The translations under genes and the position numbers were made by a program. The notes beneath the pieces are model-generated. The model saw nothing but the letters and a program-made list of their open reading frames with translations. It ran no database searches and was not told where the DNA came from. A DNA stretch of 63,040 bases, counting the filler, from Choristocarpus tenellus KU-1152 (lineage: Eukaryota > Protista > Phaeophyceae): assembly GCA_964200185.2 (NCBI GenBank). It is 13 parts of 13 records of this genome, joined end to end, with 100 filler letters (N's around TTAATTAATTAA, not from the genome) between each part and the next. Parts side by side here need not be neighbours in the genome. Positions count along the whole stretch, not along the records: positions 24,725 to 30,775 come from CAXNAD020009068.1; positions 30,876 to 33,974 come from CAXNAD020022338.1; positions 34,075 to 37,517 come from CAXNAD020019990.1; positions 37,618 to 42,425 come from CAXNAD020012982.1; 9 more parts are not named here. One strand, 5' to 3'. Below are positions 26,302 through 39,430 of the stretch, one piece after another. How positions within the stretch are numbered: the first letter of the stretch is position 1; the number at the start of each line of letters is the position of its first letter.

Positions 26302-29208
26302 CCAAGCTTCAGGACGCTGTACCCCCTTTCTCAACCGAATTGGCCATGGAGCTAATGGGATCGGAGCTGGGAAGGCCACCGGGCGAGGTGTTCAGTGAGC
26401 TCAGTGACGAGCCTGTGGCTGCTGCATCACTTGCACAGGTGGTTAACCTATAAAACGCAACCAAGACAATTGAGCTCATACATGATATGTAGGTACAAAC
26501 ATAATACATAACACATATATGCATATACGCACTTTCCGCACCAAGGAAGTAAACATAGGACTCATGGAGCTAGCAGAACGGTATAACTGAAAGGAACTGA
26601 TATGGTATGAAGTATTGAATATACATATACTATTGCCGGCATGTATATGTATATATATATTATTATGCCCTCTGACATTTTGGAAATGTGCCAGGCGAAA
26701 CGCAAATTCAATATCATAGGAACCCCTGTAAAAGTAACAGTTCTCGTAAATGTATATTGGAAATAAAGCTTTTATAGAGTAGCGTGATATCAATCCAGTG
26801 ATCCCCTCCATATCTGGTTGGCGAGAATCTCGAATTTGTCCTCAAAATCGGCGCACCAAAGTTATTTTTACTATGTTTACTTCCCTCTTCCACATTTTTT
26901 GAAAATACTAGTCATATCATCGTTTTCATGTCATGGGTAGCTCAATCCTTGAAAGGACTTGTCAGTCTTTTCTAATCGAATAAGAATAATGAAACAACAG
27001 AGGCATCCGTAATACTTCATATATTACAGAAACAAGGTTTGTAGATCATGCTCTACGATCGGAAGTATGCAGCATCATGTTATATTAAATACTTTAGGAA
27101 TGTCACCTTAAGCAGTAGAACTAGTGTAGAAATAATAATACGAGGAAAAGCATAGCGTGAGCAAGGGGTTGATCGACAGTTGTGATGCAATGTGGGTTTC
27201 TTGCACTCTTCTGTGGCATGCAGGGCATAAACGAACAGAGGCAGATGTCCATTGGCACCAACTTTTCATGAAAATGTAAGAAATACGAAAGGAGTGTGTT
27301 CATGATTGGTAGTCCAACTTGAGCGAACAATGCCATTTGAACTATGTAAAGGTGTCAGCTGATTGGTCAAGAAGTGGAAGAGATTAGAACCACAAAACCA
27401 ATGTTCCCAATCAACTTCAGTGATCGATAGTACATTCTATGTATGTATTATCATACTACATATACTACTAGTGTCAAGTAAGATCTACCAAGAGAACATA
27501 CATAATGTTGTACAGATTTTTTGTTGCTTCCCAGATTTCGTTATTCTTTTATATTAATCTTTTATTCAGAACGGAGATGGAGAGATGACATGGGTGATGA
27601 AGGTTACCTACACACTTTCAACATGTGTTGTTAAATGATAACATTTATCATGTATCTCGAACTCATGCGAATTTATCTTCTCGGCAAAGGTGTACAGGGG
27701 AGTTTTACGGTCTACCAGACAGGTGGTGGCAGTGAAGGTGCAGCGACCAGGCCTCACGCAGCAAGTGACCAAGGACCTTTATGTCCTCAAGAAGGCCGTT
27801 GCAATTTACCAGCGAATAAGCGACAGGTGCGTTTTGTTGGCCATTTTTGTCAGTGCATCATGTTGGATGCGTGAAGTACGTGCAAGATAAAAGGGTCGGG
27901 GATGGTGAATAAGGTGAATGTTCTAGGACAAGGTAATCGTGATTTTAGTCGTGACTTTACTAAAACGTGACTGTACAAGATTTTCTTTTTCCAGACATCG
28001 AGGTATTTTGAAAGGGGTTGTTGATGTCTCTTGCTGCTAATTTTTTTGCAGGTGGACCGCACAAACGACGGATTACAACGAACTCCTAACGGTATGGGCC
28101 AGTGGCTTCTACCAGGTGATGCAATGATTCAACCCCCTGCCTCCGAGCTTTCCCCTCACAAATAGCTTACTTCTATTCTTGAAGCACAGAAGGCGAGGGT
28201 AAGTTCACAACCTTTTGATGCACGGGGAGCTGTTGGGTGTGATCTGTGATGTTGAAGCCTGTATTGAAGGGTCTCGGTTGTAGTGAAGTCCCCTAGAGGG
28301 AATCGGCGATTGCTCCAATTGCCCCCCTGTTTTTGTCATGGAGACCAAAACTTTCAACTCGGTCAAATCGTACATTCTTGTGTGCAGGAGCTGGACTTCT
28401 TAAATGAGGCCAGCAACCAGCTGCGCATGCGGCGCGTCCTACAGAACATGGATGGCGTCTTTGTGCCGAACGTGTTCCAAGAGCTTTCCACCCGCAGGCT
28501 TCTTGTCAGCGAGTGGGTTGATGGCATCAAGCTCACCCAAGCAGATCCCTCAGAGGTGTGGAGAGTAATGTACACTATTGTGGGTCTATTGCCATCGCGG
28601 GCATGGGAGTAGATCAAGCAATCGTAGACTTATATTTATCAGCTTTGAGAGTAAAAACTTTGGATATTGTACACCGCATTTTTTGTGTTGCTGTCGAGGA
28701 AATCATTTCACGTTGTGGTTCACTGGTTGAGTATGTGTTGTTACGGGTGGGGAAGGACACACTACGATGCTACAGTGGGCTCATTCACGCGACAAAAACT
28801 TGTCATTGATGCCATGGTTGATATTATTGCTTGAGGGTATGGATTTATTTTGCTCGCATGTGTAGAAGAGTTGGGGGGGAGTCTAGTCATCACAACATAC
28901 AGAAAAGACCCAACAGTACTCAGTACATAATCAAGGGAATATAACTTTCCCTCTCCATCCCTTACCCACTAATGAATTTCTTTGTGATCGAAGCATGCTA
29001 CTGTACGTGTATGAATTGTATACTAAGTTGTGCGTGCCATGTTGTCCCCGTTGTGATGCCCTTTTTCTTGATGGTGGGTGGATAGATCCGTGAGATGACA
29101 TCAATTGCTCAGGAAGCGTTCCTGGTGCAGCTTCTGGATGAGGGCTTCATGCATTGCGATCCTCACCCTGGTAACATGCTCATGCTGGACAAGGACAACG
29201 ACCCAAAG
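26302..29208 (+). CDS. ABC1/UbiB-family atypical kinase (ABC1K), partial; exons 26302(or 26277)-26438, 27690-27826, 28052-28115, 28388-28555, 29086-29208
   Basis: In-frame spliced motifs KLQDAVPPF, PVAAASLAQ|VYRG, VAVKVQRPG, ELDFLNEA, LVSEWVDG, GFMHCDPHPGN; all GT-AG. 5' and 3' exons not identified on this contig. Confidence 0.92.
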
Positions 29209-31534
29209 GTGTTTGAGTGCCTTGCCCCTCTTCCGTGCATTGGACCCTCTTCTGGAGTGTGAACAGATTGGACCTTAAGTACACTGATTACTTGCAAATA
29301 GAGCGGTTGTTAAATAAAGCAGAGCTGGGTCGTTTTTCATTCCCACCGTTGAAGGCAAGGTAAGGAATTTTTTGTTTTGGGGAGTCGAGTTGCAAGCGAT
29401 GTGCTGTGATTTTCTCCGGTGTACTCCTTTTTTTCTCGTGCGTGCTGATTTGAAGAGAGTGGAACCTTGTGAGCCAAAGGAAAGTTCTTGATTCCCCTTC
29501 GTGTCAGGCGTTCACCACTCTGTTGCCTAACCTTTTCCCTTTCCATCGATGTCCTCTTACGCTGCTCTACACCCTTCTTTCCACGGTTGAGATCAAACCG
29601 AGCTTCAATGCATTTAATGCTTTTTCCTTGGTGAACCTCTGTTCCATGTGCTTCCCTTGCCTCTGTACCCCCTAAACACGTTCCGTTGTTCGCTTTTGTG
29701 TGGGTTCTTTGTGGCCTAGAAGGCCGTAAGCCCCGACTCCCTTATGTTCAAGGGATATATCCTCACAACTTTGAGCTGCAGGGCACCGCTCGGGCACTTG
29801 GGAACGCATTGACATTGCCTAGCACGTTAGCATTAACCAAAGGCCAGTCTTGTTTCGCTGATCTCCTTCCATTTTTTTTCGCTGTTGTGTGTATACTTCT
29901 CCCACAAACGCACTCATTCTGAGGGTGTTCCCAGTATGTTACATGCGTGCGCCCCCGAGCCGTCTGCAGTACTTGTCCTGTAGGACTAGGACGCAGCATG
30001 CTGAACTGAATGCCGTCGATAAAATTGATGATGATTGTGTAGGGCTTGTGTTGTCGGGTTGGCGCCGACGTGACGAGATGAAAAGGACATGTATTTCGCT
30101 TGGCAAAAGCGTCTTGCTGTTGGTTGGATAGTGCTTAGGAACTTGGATTGTGTAGGTGGTCTCTGAGCTAAGCAGCAGTTCCGAACGAGGGATTCGCGGC
30201 CGAGGTCTTGGAAGACATGCCTGTACTATTTTAGCCCAAAATAGTTGTACCTTTTTTTTTAATGATGTAATGGATTGGTACCGTTGGCTAAGCTGGACTC
30301 TAAACGTCCATTGTAGAACAGGACTTGTCTTTGGGCTTGGTAGTATGTGCTCTTTGTGTCCAGTACCTTCACTTCACCCTCCTACTTTTTTCATGCCCGT
30401 GGTGGAGAATATTTGGGGCACTGCCTTGTGCAGGGTGGTGGAGTGTTGGTGAGTGATGGAAAATTCCATTGCCACTGTTGGCAAGGAAGTGAGACATGGT
30501 GTGCAGGTGGAGAGGGGCCTTTGGTTTGAAGTTTGCGTAGGTAGTGATGAAACTAGGATAGTACTATTTGTAGGGCATATTTTTTTTATGTTTTTTTTTT
30601 TTGGTCAAAAACTTTTTTTATATGCAGGTAGCGAACACTTTCGCGACAGCTACTACACTGTTGGTGTATAGGAAGGCTTTTTTCATAAGAACTAGAGACC
30701 TCTGTTGTTCGATCTTGTTGAATCCTCTTGCGTGTTGCTTCTTAACCCCCCCCACAACCCCCCCCCCCCTCACTCNNNNNNNNNNNNNNNNNNNNNNNNN
30801 NNNNNNNNNNNNNNNNNNNTTAATTAATTAANNNNNNNNNNNNNNNNNNNNNNNNNNNNNNNNNNNNNNNNNNNNGTTCCCCACGCGCGTATACTGCTCG
30901 CGCCGGTTAAAGCGTGGGAAGAAATACTCGCGCTATTCGCCTGCAACATTGTCACCTACAGGTGAAGTCCGTAATCCTTCTTGTGCCCCGAAGAGAACCT
31001 TATAGGTTCCGAAAGAAGCTTGAGGAAGACACGTTTGATTCGAATGAACAGTCCATCAAGTGCACAAACTCATCTATACATCATACTGGCACGATTTCGT
31101 CTCGTAATGTTAAGAATATGCTTTTTATTCATGTGTAAAAGATTATTCTATAGGAGAAATATTGAGTTGTTGAACTATTGTTGGATAACGGGATAATTGA
31201 TAGTAATGTCTTTGTCAGGTGACTACGACAATATTACCTGGGTCACAATAGTACAACAAGAAGATTCCTAGAAAAGGAATGCTATAGCAAGTAACACAGA
31301 TTGAGTAATGAGTTATAAGTGATCAGGGCTGAGTAAAAGGTTTATCAACCCCCCTTCTTGAATGGTGTATCTCACTCCAACTTTCTACCTCCTACAACAT
31401 AACTGAAAAGGAATTAATCTACATATTTCAATTTCAAGACTTGGGATTCTACGCATTCTTTAACATGCTAGCATACTTTAACGTGCGCTGATGTCTCAAG
31501 AACGTTAGTAGTAGAGGGGGCACACGGAGTCCCA

Positions 31535-33202
31535 ATGGCGTCTGCTGTCGGTAACGAGAACAGGGAGGTTGAAGATGTTGGTGTGGAAGTACAGGGCATC
31601 GATGATGAGGAGGATCTAGCGGTGAGAGTGATCACGACCTCAAGACGGACTGCGGGAGTGGACCTGCAGCGCCTCATCCCACTTCCTAGAAAATATGTGG
31701 CAATGGTGACGATTATGGTGAGGGAGACCCCTCCCTCATACAAGAAACGATTTCTAACTTGTGCTGCGATGGGTGGATGGATGGATGCACTGTTCACTCA
31801 AGACCACATCAGGGTGAGCCTAGAAGGATGAAATACGTCAAGGAGGACACACCAAAAAGAATGTGAAGCTAGCATGGCGTTGGCTGGATTTGTTATGAGT
31901 GTAGGAGGACTTGCACTCGACATTGTACATAACCACGACAGCCCCGTCAGAAGCTTTCCAGGCACTGAGAGACCGTTTTGAAAGAGATGGTAACACGGAA
32001 AGAGCGATCTGGAGGACAAAATTACACAAAAATATCTACCAATTGGGGGGGATCCTGCGGATATTATCCAAGAGATGGAAAAGCTGGTGAAGAAGCTGCG
32101 GAGTCTTGGCGCCGAACCAGACGAGGAAGAGCAGCTGACAGTCATTCACAACTGTTTTGCTGCAGAGTATATGATCGAGATACATCAGATTTCCGATATG
32201 GGTCGAATGGCAAGGTTGCAACTACAGAAGAGGGTTTGCCTATAATATCGGATGAACAAGAGGTTGGTGGACAGTGGTATTGGGAACCACAATGGAGCAC
32301 TTATGTCTACTGGGTGCTTGACTTTCAATCTTGGATCGTGTTCTGCATCATCTGCTGGACATCATGGTATGAACATGGTGTAAAATGTTTCAAGTGCGGT
32401 GGACCGTATTACATGTCTGTATGTCCATCCGTTTCTTCCCCACTTGTAACATGTAATTTTCTGGTACTTGCTACATTTGTAGCGGATCGGGACACAAAGC
32501 TAAAATTGTCCTGGACGTGCAGTGGCCATGGCGGCAGCCAAACAAGTTGTAGATGGTGGTGCAGTGACTACACAGAGGAAGAGGAGTGGTTGAGGAAAGG
32601 TGAATGGTGGAAATAACGGACCGCCAAAGATGCTTGGAGGTTTCTCAACGGTGAGGGATGAAAAGGTTGAACAGTGGGATGATGTATGGTATTTTGATAC
32701 TGAGTGTTCTGCCCATATGACCAACAACCCTATTGCTTTGATAGACCAACGACCTGTTAGTGGAAAGTCTGTGACTGTTGGCACAGGACAGAAACTTCAT
32801 GGTACCATGGTTGGAAACTTACCATTACGTTGTATACAGAATGAGAAGGCTTATGATTTTTTTCTGTTCAATGTGTTGTTGGTTCCAGAGCTAGAGTTCA
32901 ATCTTTGCTTAATAGTTCAAGCTGGATGTCAATCAGGTGGAGAAATTTATTGGCAGGGGGAAAATTCTTTGAAGTTGACCCCATCAGCAGGTGGACTTCC
33001 CCTTATTTCTTCATCAACCTGTGGAAAGAATTTTGACTTGTTCACATCAAAGGCTAAGAGGAGAATGCCTACAACACCTACACCATCGCGTAGACCAACT
33101 CCCCCCTACCCACCTGATGAGACCGAAGTGGCATTTGCGCTTGGAGGAACAGTAGCAATCGACCTCGCCCAAGAGGGGGCTGAAGGTGTCAATTTCGTGT
33201 AG
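31535..33202 (+). pseudogene. Copia Gag + aspartic protease, frameshifted
   Basis: DPADIIQEMEKLVKKLRSLGAEPDEEEQLTVIHNC (UBN2-like), knuckle CFKCGGPYYMSVCP, protease WYFDTECSAHMT...VLLVPELEFNL (copia DSG/DTG motif mutated to DTE). Confidence 0.85.
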
Positions 33203-33350
33203 GATGGGGATGGAAGTATCGACCTCGTCCAGGAGGAGGCTAGAGGAGTCGACTTCGCACAGGATGAGGCTGGAAGTATCGGCCTAGCCCACGGCGGGGC
33301 TAGAGATATCGATCTCGCCCAAGAGAGGAGTGGTGGGATATCGATCGAGA
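33157..33350 (+). repeat. 30-bp tandem repeat (6 units) where integrase would start
   Basis: ATCGACCTCGCCCAAGAGGGGGCTGAAGGT-like units; translates as 10-aa IDLAQEGAEG-like repeats. Confidence 0.8.
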
Positions 33351-33809
33351 AGGATTGATGATTGAGGCTACTTCATCGGTGGAGGATGTGTTACAGCGTG
33401 CCCCTCAGAACTTCACGTCCACAGGATATGCAACTCAAATCCAACGACCTTAAAACGACGCTATGGGGGCGTTGCCCTTGGTAATAGTTTGTAGGGTGTC
33501 AGGTGTCCTTCTCTCTTGATATTCCACTAAGTGCTTAGCTCAAAGCTCGACTCAAATTTTGTTCAAGATAAAGATAAGACTGTAGGTAATGAAGGGTCAA
33601 GGTGTTTTACCAAAAGAGCCCTCTTATTATTTTCATCATCCACCCAATTTCTTTGGTCTTCTATGCAACTGCTCTACACGTACTCCAGTCATAAACCTTT
33701 ATTCTGCAACTTCTTAGGGACTTTGACGTTTTCTTCTGTAATGTTACGTATGCATTCCGAATATTACTCTTGTATCTTCTACGAAATCAGCATTTATTCT
33801 GTAAGGCTA

Positions 33810-33974
33810 CAGTACCTACCTCGACTTTGTGCCAAATATTATGAACCAAAAAAAATATATGCAATTTTGTACCGCTTTTTCGACATGCTAAAAAAATCGG
33901 GTTTTGTACCGGAATTCTCGTATTCGGGCGATTTGGCACAAAATCCCAGATATATTCACGCGAGTTTGGCGCGC
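33810..33974 (+). mobile_element. Possible Tc1/pogo-type element end inserted in the LTR
   Basis: LTR similarity stops at TA|CAGTACC; only one end is visible. Confidence 0.35.
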
Positions 33975-34074
33975 NNNNNNNNNNNNNNNNNNNNNNNNNN
34001 NNNNNNNNNNNNNNNNNNTTAATTAATTAANNNNNNNNNNNNNNNNNNNNNNNNNNNNNNNNNNNNNNNNNNNN

Positions 34075-34258
34075 GGGTGGTTTGTGAGGGGGTGTCCGTT
34101 TCGGTCTGGACGAAGTGCTCAAAAATCACAGCAATTGCTGTCTTCAGTCGTGAATCGTCCACGACTGAAAACAGCAATTGCTATGATTTTTGAGTAATTC
34201 GTCCGGACCGAAAGGGACGCCCCCTTACAAACCACCACCCCCCTAGGTACTTTGACCC
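34075..34258. repeat. ~185-bp near-perfect palindrome (family B1 hairpin); outer arm cut by contig end
   Basis: GGGTGGTTTGTGAGGGGGTGTCC...CAGTCGTG-AATCGTC-CACGACTG...GGACGCCCCCTTACAAACCACCACCC. Confidence 0.92.
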
Positions 34259-34819
34259 AGCCGTCCTCGTATGATGTATTTTGGACTAAAATGCATCGAG
34301 GATCTACGCTTGGCGCTCGAGTGGGTGTAGACTATGTTATTATGGCTCAGGGAAGTTGCCGTTGGGTTCAATGCTTGGAGCCTGGTTGTATTGCCGCTTA
34401 GTTTGAGTGTGGAAGAGAGGTCATCTGTTGTGGAAGTCTCGACTTGTGCTGAGGATGGTGGTGAGGAGTACGAGATGCTTGTGCGTCAACGTATTTGTAG
34501 TAAGGTTTACGTCAATTGCTCTGTGGTCCGATCAACGCAAAGAGGGGAGGAAGAAGGATTGGGGCTTGGCAGTAAAAGTACTAGAGGATGATGGCAGAAC
34601 GCTGTAATGGAGATGAAATTTGGGTCGCAACCGGGCCAATAAGAACATTTTCGGGAGGATAATAAATTTAATGTACCAAATGCACAAGTTCGTTGATTTA
34701 GAGAACACCCGATCTCTCCATCATAACATGTCTGTCGAAGCATGTGTCGAACTGGCGAAGTAGAGGGTGACTCACGAACAGAAATTGGCCTATGTTGCTC
34801 CTCAAAGCCGTGTCTGTCG

Positions 34820-36752
34820 TCAGTATGGTGGCAGTGTAGGACTTGTCCAGAACCAGTGTAAAGGAGCGTTGTGGTCAATACTGTAGTGTTGGACAAGAAG
34901 CTGCATATTTCACAAGTCGCCATTCTCCCATTTGACCTCATAGGGGTAGCTGACTCACTCCTCTCTTGTCACGGTCCAAGTACCAGCCCCTTGCATCCGC
35001 TGATCGTCTCGTCTGAAGTATAGTCCCCTGCCCTTGTCTCTGGTATAGAGTGTTTCACCCTCATCTAAATCCGGCACATAACTCGGTGTCAGTTCAAGGA
35101 GTACATATTTCTATATATCCTCTTCCATGTCCCTACGCTTCCGCCAGCGGTCAACAATGGACCAACTGCGTTGTCTGACACACATGGCTGCAGTCTCGTC
35201 ACTGTCCCTCTTGTTCTTCTCTCGAAGTTGGCTGACACCCTCTTCGATCTTGTCCTCAGTCATGTATGACCCCAGTTGAGAGGTTGAAGATTTTCGCCAT
35301 CTTCCGGCTGGTAGGACACTGAGTAAACGTGCGCCCCTGAACCATCTACGTGAACATTGCTGACCTTCCCCTGTACGATGGCCCCCCCATTCGCGCGTAG
35401 GATGAAGCTGGTTCCTTGACCGAACCTGGCGTCGGATGGGTTCCCAAGTCTGTGTTGCCTAGAGAAGCGAGGAGGTATCCCACCGAGAGATTGCTGGTTG
35501 GATTCCGAGGTGAACCTCTGGTATTGACCAGGCAGGATCGTGAATGTGTTGTCCAGGTGGTTGTGGTCGATGTCTGTGAAGTCTGGGATGATGATAGCCT
35601 GAAGGGGCACGATGTGGGGACCTGGTTGTGCGTCCTGCGTCACCACAAACATGTTCGTTGCGGGGGCTGTGTTGGTGTGTAAGACTATTGGAATGTATTT
35701 GCGCGTTATGGCCTGGTTTGGTAGTATAAGGGTGTTGTTTGTTGATTTCTTTGAGAAACGGATAGTTTTATGTTCGATAGAGGATACACTTAGGCAGCGG
35801 GGAATGAACAAATGGGATGCGCTTATTTTCACTATGTAAGTTGTGAAGTATTATGTGAAAGGTGTCAGTGGCGGTTGCAGATTGGGAGAACAAAATGACA
35901 CTGATTTGGATATCAGGATTGAACGTTATTGGAGGAATCTATGTTGGTTAGAGGGGATATGAGGGGATATGTGACACCTGCATATGGACAGGTGGAATCA
36001 TTCGTGTGGGGCATTGTTCCCTTAGAAGCAATAAGAAACGTTACTCACCTTGTCCATCCGCGACATGTTAATAGTTGGCACTCCATCAACGAAGCTAGCA
36101 CTCAGCACCTCGAAGTCTTCAGTGACAAAGACGACCTCCTCTCCAGCACTGAAGATCCCTCCGTAGCTGGAGTGGTGTCTGGCGTTCCATTGAATCGTAT
36201 CCTTGCGGTGGACAGTGAACGGCAAGAACTCTATACCATTGTACTCCGATGGCTGCGTCCGCACAATGCATATGTTCCCCTCGGCGAGCTGTCTCTTCTT
36301 CCTCGACAGCTGACTTCTCAGATACACATCACTCGTTCCCGCTTCCGTGGAAAATCCGAGGTCTATCTCCTTAAGCGGGGGCACGTGGGTTAGTTACCAC
36401 CTGCATTGGGCGAGGTTGCCGATGGAACAGTTTGTACAGTAGCACGACAGTTCGGTGTAGATCAATATACGAGAGTCTCCGGTGGTGAGTCGACCAGTGA
36501 AGAACCTGTGCATTGACTTGATTCCACTGAGGTTCAGGACACGTGGGTCGTGTCGTACCGCACAGTCAATCTTGTGAGACGGAAGATGGACTATCTCCTG
36601 TGTGCGGAACGTGTCGATGTATAGAAATTTCGTTTACGTGTTACTGTGCTGTCTACCGTCCCTGTCCGTCCAATCCTAAGGGTTGTGGTGATTGTGCGTA
36701 TAAGGGGAGGGGTGGTACGTGTTGGAGTCAGTGTCGGCACTGAGGCAGTGTG
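34820..36752 (-). pseudogene. Spliced Sola2-like transposase C-terminus plus tandem Tudor-like domains; exons 36752-36049 and 35712-34820
   Basis: One frame gives HSNT*TKFLYI...KID...GIKSMHRF...LSCYCTNCSIGNLAQC (3 stops). GTGAGT donor at 36048 and CAG acceptor at 35713 join in phase 0 to the exon homologous to 37923-38837. Confidence 0.65.
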
Positions 36753-36789
36753 CTGTGATCGATTCGATGTAATGACATTTTGTTTGGAG

Positions 36790-37517
36790 TGATATGTGCT
36801 ACCTATTGCTGTAACGAGTGTTTGGTAATGACAAATGGCAATGTGTGATGAAATCCAAAACTTGGAGTTTGTGTTAGTTTGCCGATTGGCAGACTTCTGA
36901 AAAATAGAGGGCAATGGTTGCAAGTGTGCACGGACTTTGTGCGGTCGATTAAGAAGTGCGTATGAGCGATCATCATGCGATTCGTGGTGTCGGCATGAAG
37001 GGAAGGCACAGATGTGACATAATGGGTCGACGAAATCTACTGCCTTGGTGGTATATATGGGTTAGCAAGGGGCGGGAGGGTGCAGAGTGTCGCGAGTTGC
37101 AAGCAGGGATCAATTATTGTGAGTGGTGAAAATCATACACGTGGTACATGTGGTATCTATTCCTGGAGCAAGCGATGCATACATGGCCGACGATGTTACG
37201 TGAAAGGAAAGACAACTTGGAGTTTTGGGTTAGGTTACCGACTGGCAGACTCATTGTAAATCGAGGGTGATGGTTGCAAGTGTGCACGGACGGTGTGCGG
37301 TCGGTTATTAAATGCGTATGTGCGATTATCATGTGATTTGTGGTGTCGACGTGAGGGAGGGCGCGGATGTGAGATAATGGGTCAACGATGTGATATCTAG
37401 TGCGTGTTTAGTGTATGGGTTATCAAGTGGCAGGAGGGTGCAGACTGATGCGAGTGGTAAGGAGGGATCAGGTCCAGGGGGGGGGAGAATCATGCATGTA
37501 GCGCATGTGGTATATAT
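36790..37517. repeat. ~355-bp tandem duplication (two units), probably intronic in the transposon gene
   Basis: AACTTGGAGTTT...TGGCAGACT...TGGTTGCAAGTGTGCACGGAC...ATAATGGGTC...AGGGTGCAGA near 36858-37110 and 37212-37470. Confidence 0.85.
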
Positions 37518-37922
37518 NNNNNNNNNNNNNNNNNNNNNNNNNNNNNNNNNNNNNNNNNNNNTTAATTAATTAANNNNNNNNNNNNNNNNNNNNNNNNNNN
37601 NNNNNNNNNNNNNNNNNTTGTCCACCGCAGGAATGATTCCACGCTGTCCATATACAGATGTTACATATCCCCTGATATCCCCTCATACCCAAATAAAATC
37701 CCCCCATAACGTCCAACCCTGACATCCAAACCAGAGTCATGTTTTTCTCCTCCTCTACAACCGCGAACGTCGACTTTCACAGAATATTTTACAAGTTCCG
37801 TAGGGCAAAATATGAGCGTATCCCATTCCTTCATTTCGCTGTCTAAGGATATCCTCTATCCTACATAAAATTCTCCATTCCTCAAAGCCAAACCAAACAA
37901 GACCCCCATACAACCAAACAAG

Positions 37923-38837
37923 GTCATCACGCGCAAACACATGCCAATAGTCCAATACACCAACACAGCCCCTGCAACGAACATCTTTGCGTTGATGCAG
38001 GATGCACAACCGGGACCCCGCATCATGCCCCTTCAGGCTATCATCATCCCAGACTTCACAGACATCCAACACAACCACCTGGACAACACATTCACGATCC
38101 TGCCTGGTCAATACCAGAGGTTCACCGCAGAATACAACCGGCAATCCCTCAGTGTGATACCTGCTCGCTTCTCAAGGCAACTCAGACTTGGGGACACATC
38201 CGACGCCAGGTTTGGTCGAGGAACCAGCTTCATCCTAGGCGCGAGTGGGGGATCTATCATACAGGGGAAGGTCAGCGATGTTCATGTGGACGGTTCAGGG
38301 ATGTACATTTACTCAGTGTCCTACCTCCCGGATGATGGCGGAAAATCCTTACATCCTCACCTGAGGTCGTACATGACAGAGGACGAGATAGGGGAGGGTG
38401 TCGACCAACTTCGGGAGAAGAACGAGAGGGACAGTATGGAGGCTGCAGCCCAGCGTGTCAGACAATGCCGCCGGTCGATGGTTGACCGCCAGCGGAAGCG
38501 TATTGACATGGAGAAGGATACGGAGAAATATATACTCCTTAACCCGACACTGATGGCTGTGTCGGATTTAGATGAGGGAGAAACACTCAATGCAGGTGCC
38601 AAGGGCAGAGGACTATACTTCAGATGGGACGATCAGTGGATGCGAGGGACCGTGACTAAGTACCAGCCCCACTACACGGTGAAAGTTGGAGATGAGCGAG
38701 TCAGCTACCCTTACGAGGTTATATGGGAAAATGGCGACTTGCGAAATATCCAGCTTCTTATGGAACGATAAAGTATAGACCAAGACGCTCCTGCACTTGC
38801 CTGGTTCTGGAAAAGTCCCACTCTGCCCCCATACTGA
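37923..38837 (+). CDS. Last exon of transposon protein with two Tudor/SH3-like modules (ORF track 37941-38771; one premature stop)
   Basis: Acceptor AAG|GTC at 37923; 305 codons. The single TAA at 38769 aligns with TAC in copy 1. Modules FGRGTSF...QGKVSDV...YSVSYLPDDG...MTEDEI and GRGLYFRWDDQWMRGTVTKY...YEVIWENGD. Confidence 0.65.
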
Positions 38838-39430
38838 CGAGAGACACAACTTTGAGGAGCAACCTAGACCAATTCCTGATCGTGAGTCACCTCTACGTCG
38901 CCAATCAGACACATGCCTCGACAGACATGTTGTACTCGAGAGGTCGGACGTTCTCTAAATCAACGAACTTATACATTTGGTATATTAATCCTTAATATCT
39001 TCCTCATGAGTTTGTCTCTATTTGTCCTCATACGCATGCTTTTTTTGGCCCAATGGCAACCTGCAATTCATCTCGATTAGTGCATTCGGCCACTATCCTC
39101 TAACACTCTTACTGACATGCCCCAATCCTTTTCCCTCCCCTCTTTGTATTGATCGGACCACAGAGCGATTGACAGAAACCTTGCTAAAAATACGTTGACG
39201 CAGAAGCATCTCGTACTCCATACCACTATCTTCAGCACAAGTCGAGATTTTTACAACAGATGATCCCTCTTCCACACCCAATCCAAACAGCGGCAACCAT
39301 CCCAGCTCCAAGCTTTGAACCCAATGGCAACTTCCCTGAGCCACAATAACATAGTCTACACCAACTCAAGCGCCAAGCGTAAGTCCTAAAGGCATTATAT
39401 TCCAAAATACATCGAAAAAGGACGGTGACT

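Larger units (their letters stand above)
30876..33807 (+). mobile_element. Non-autonomous copia-type LTR element: LTR end (30876-30948), gag-protease, 30-bp repeats, PPT, 3' LTR (33389-~33807); no IN/RT/RH
   Basis: 30876-30948 matches the 3' part and 33389-33807 the 5' part of the solo LTR at 45943-45474; GGTGGAGGA tract directly before TGTTACA. Confidence 0.78.
34075..37517 (-). mobile_element. Sola2-like DNA transposon, 3' part, copy 1
   Basis: Colinear in reverse orientation with 37618-39564 over ~1.9 kb; carries a transposase-like C-terminal exon and ends in a hairpin with the TACTTTGACCC motif. Confidence 0.7.

Noticed and set aside
31179-31399. TGTTG...CAACA segment as the 5' LTR of the second copia element
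   Set aside because: It does not match the 3' LTR at 33389 and has no TSD. The real LTR end is at 30948, as shown by the solo LTR.
35416-36393. Plus-strand ORFs 35416-35682, 35612-35839 and 35929-36393 as genes
   Set aside because: Antisense shadows of the minus-strand transposon exons, which have the splice sites and motifs.
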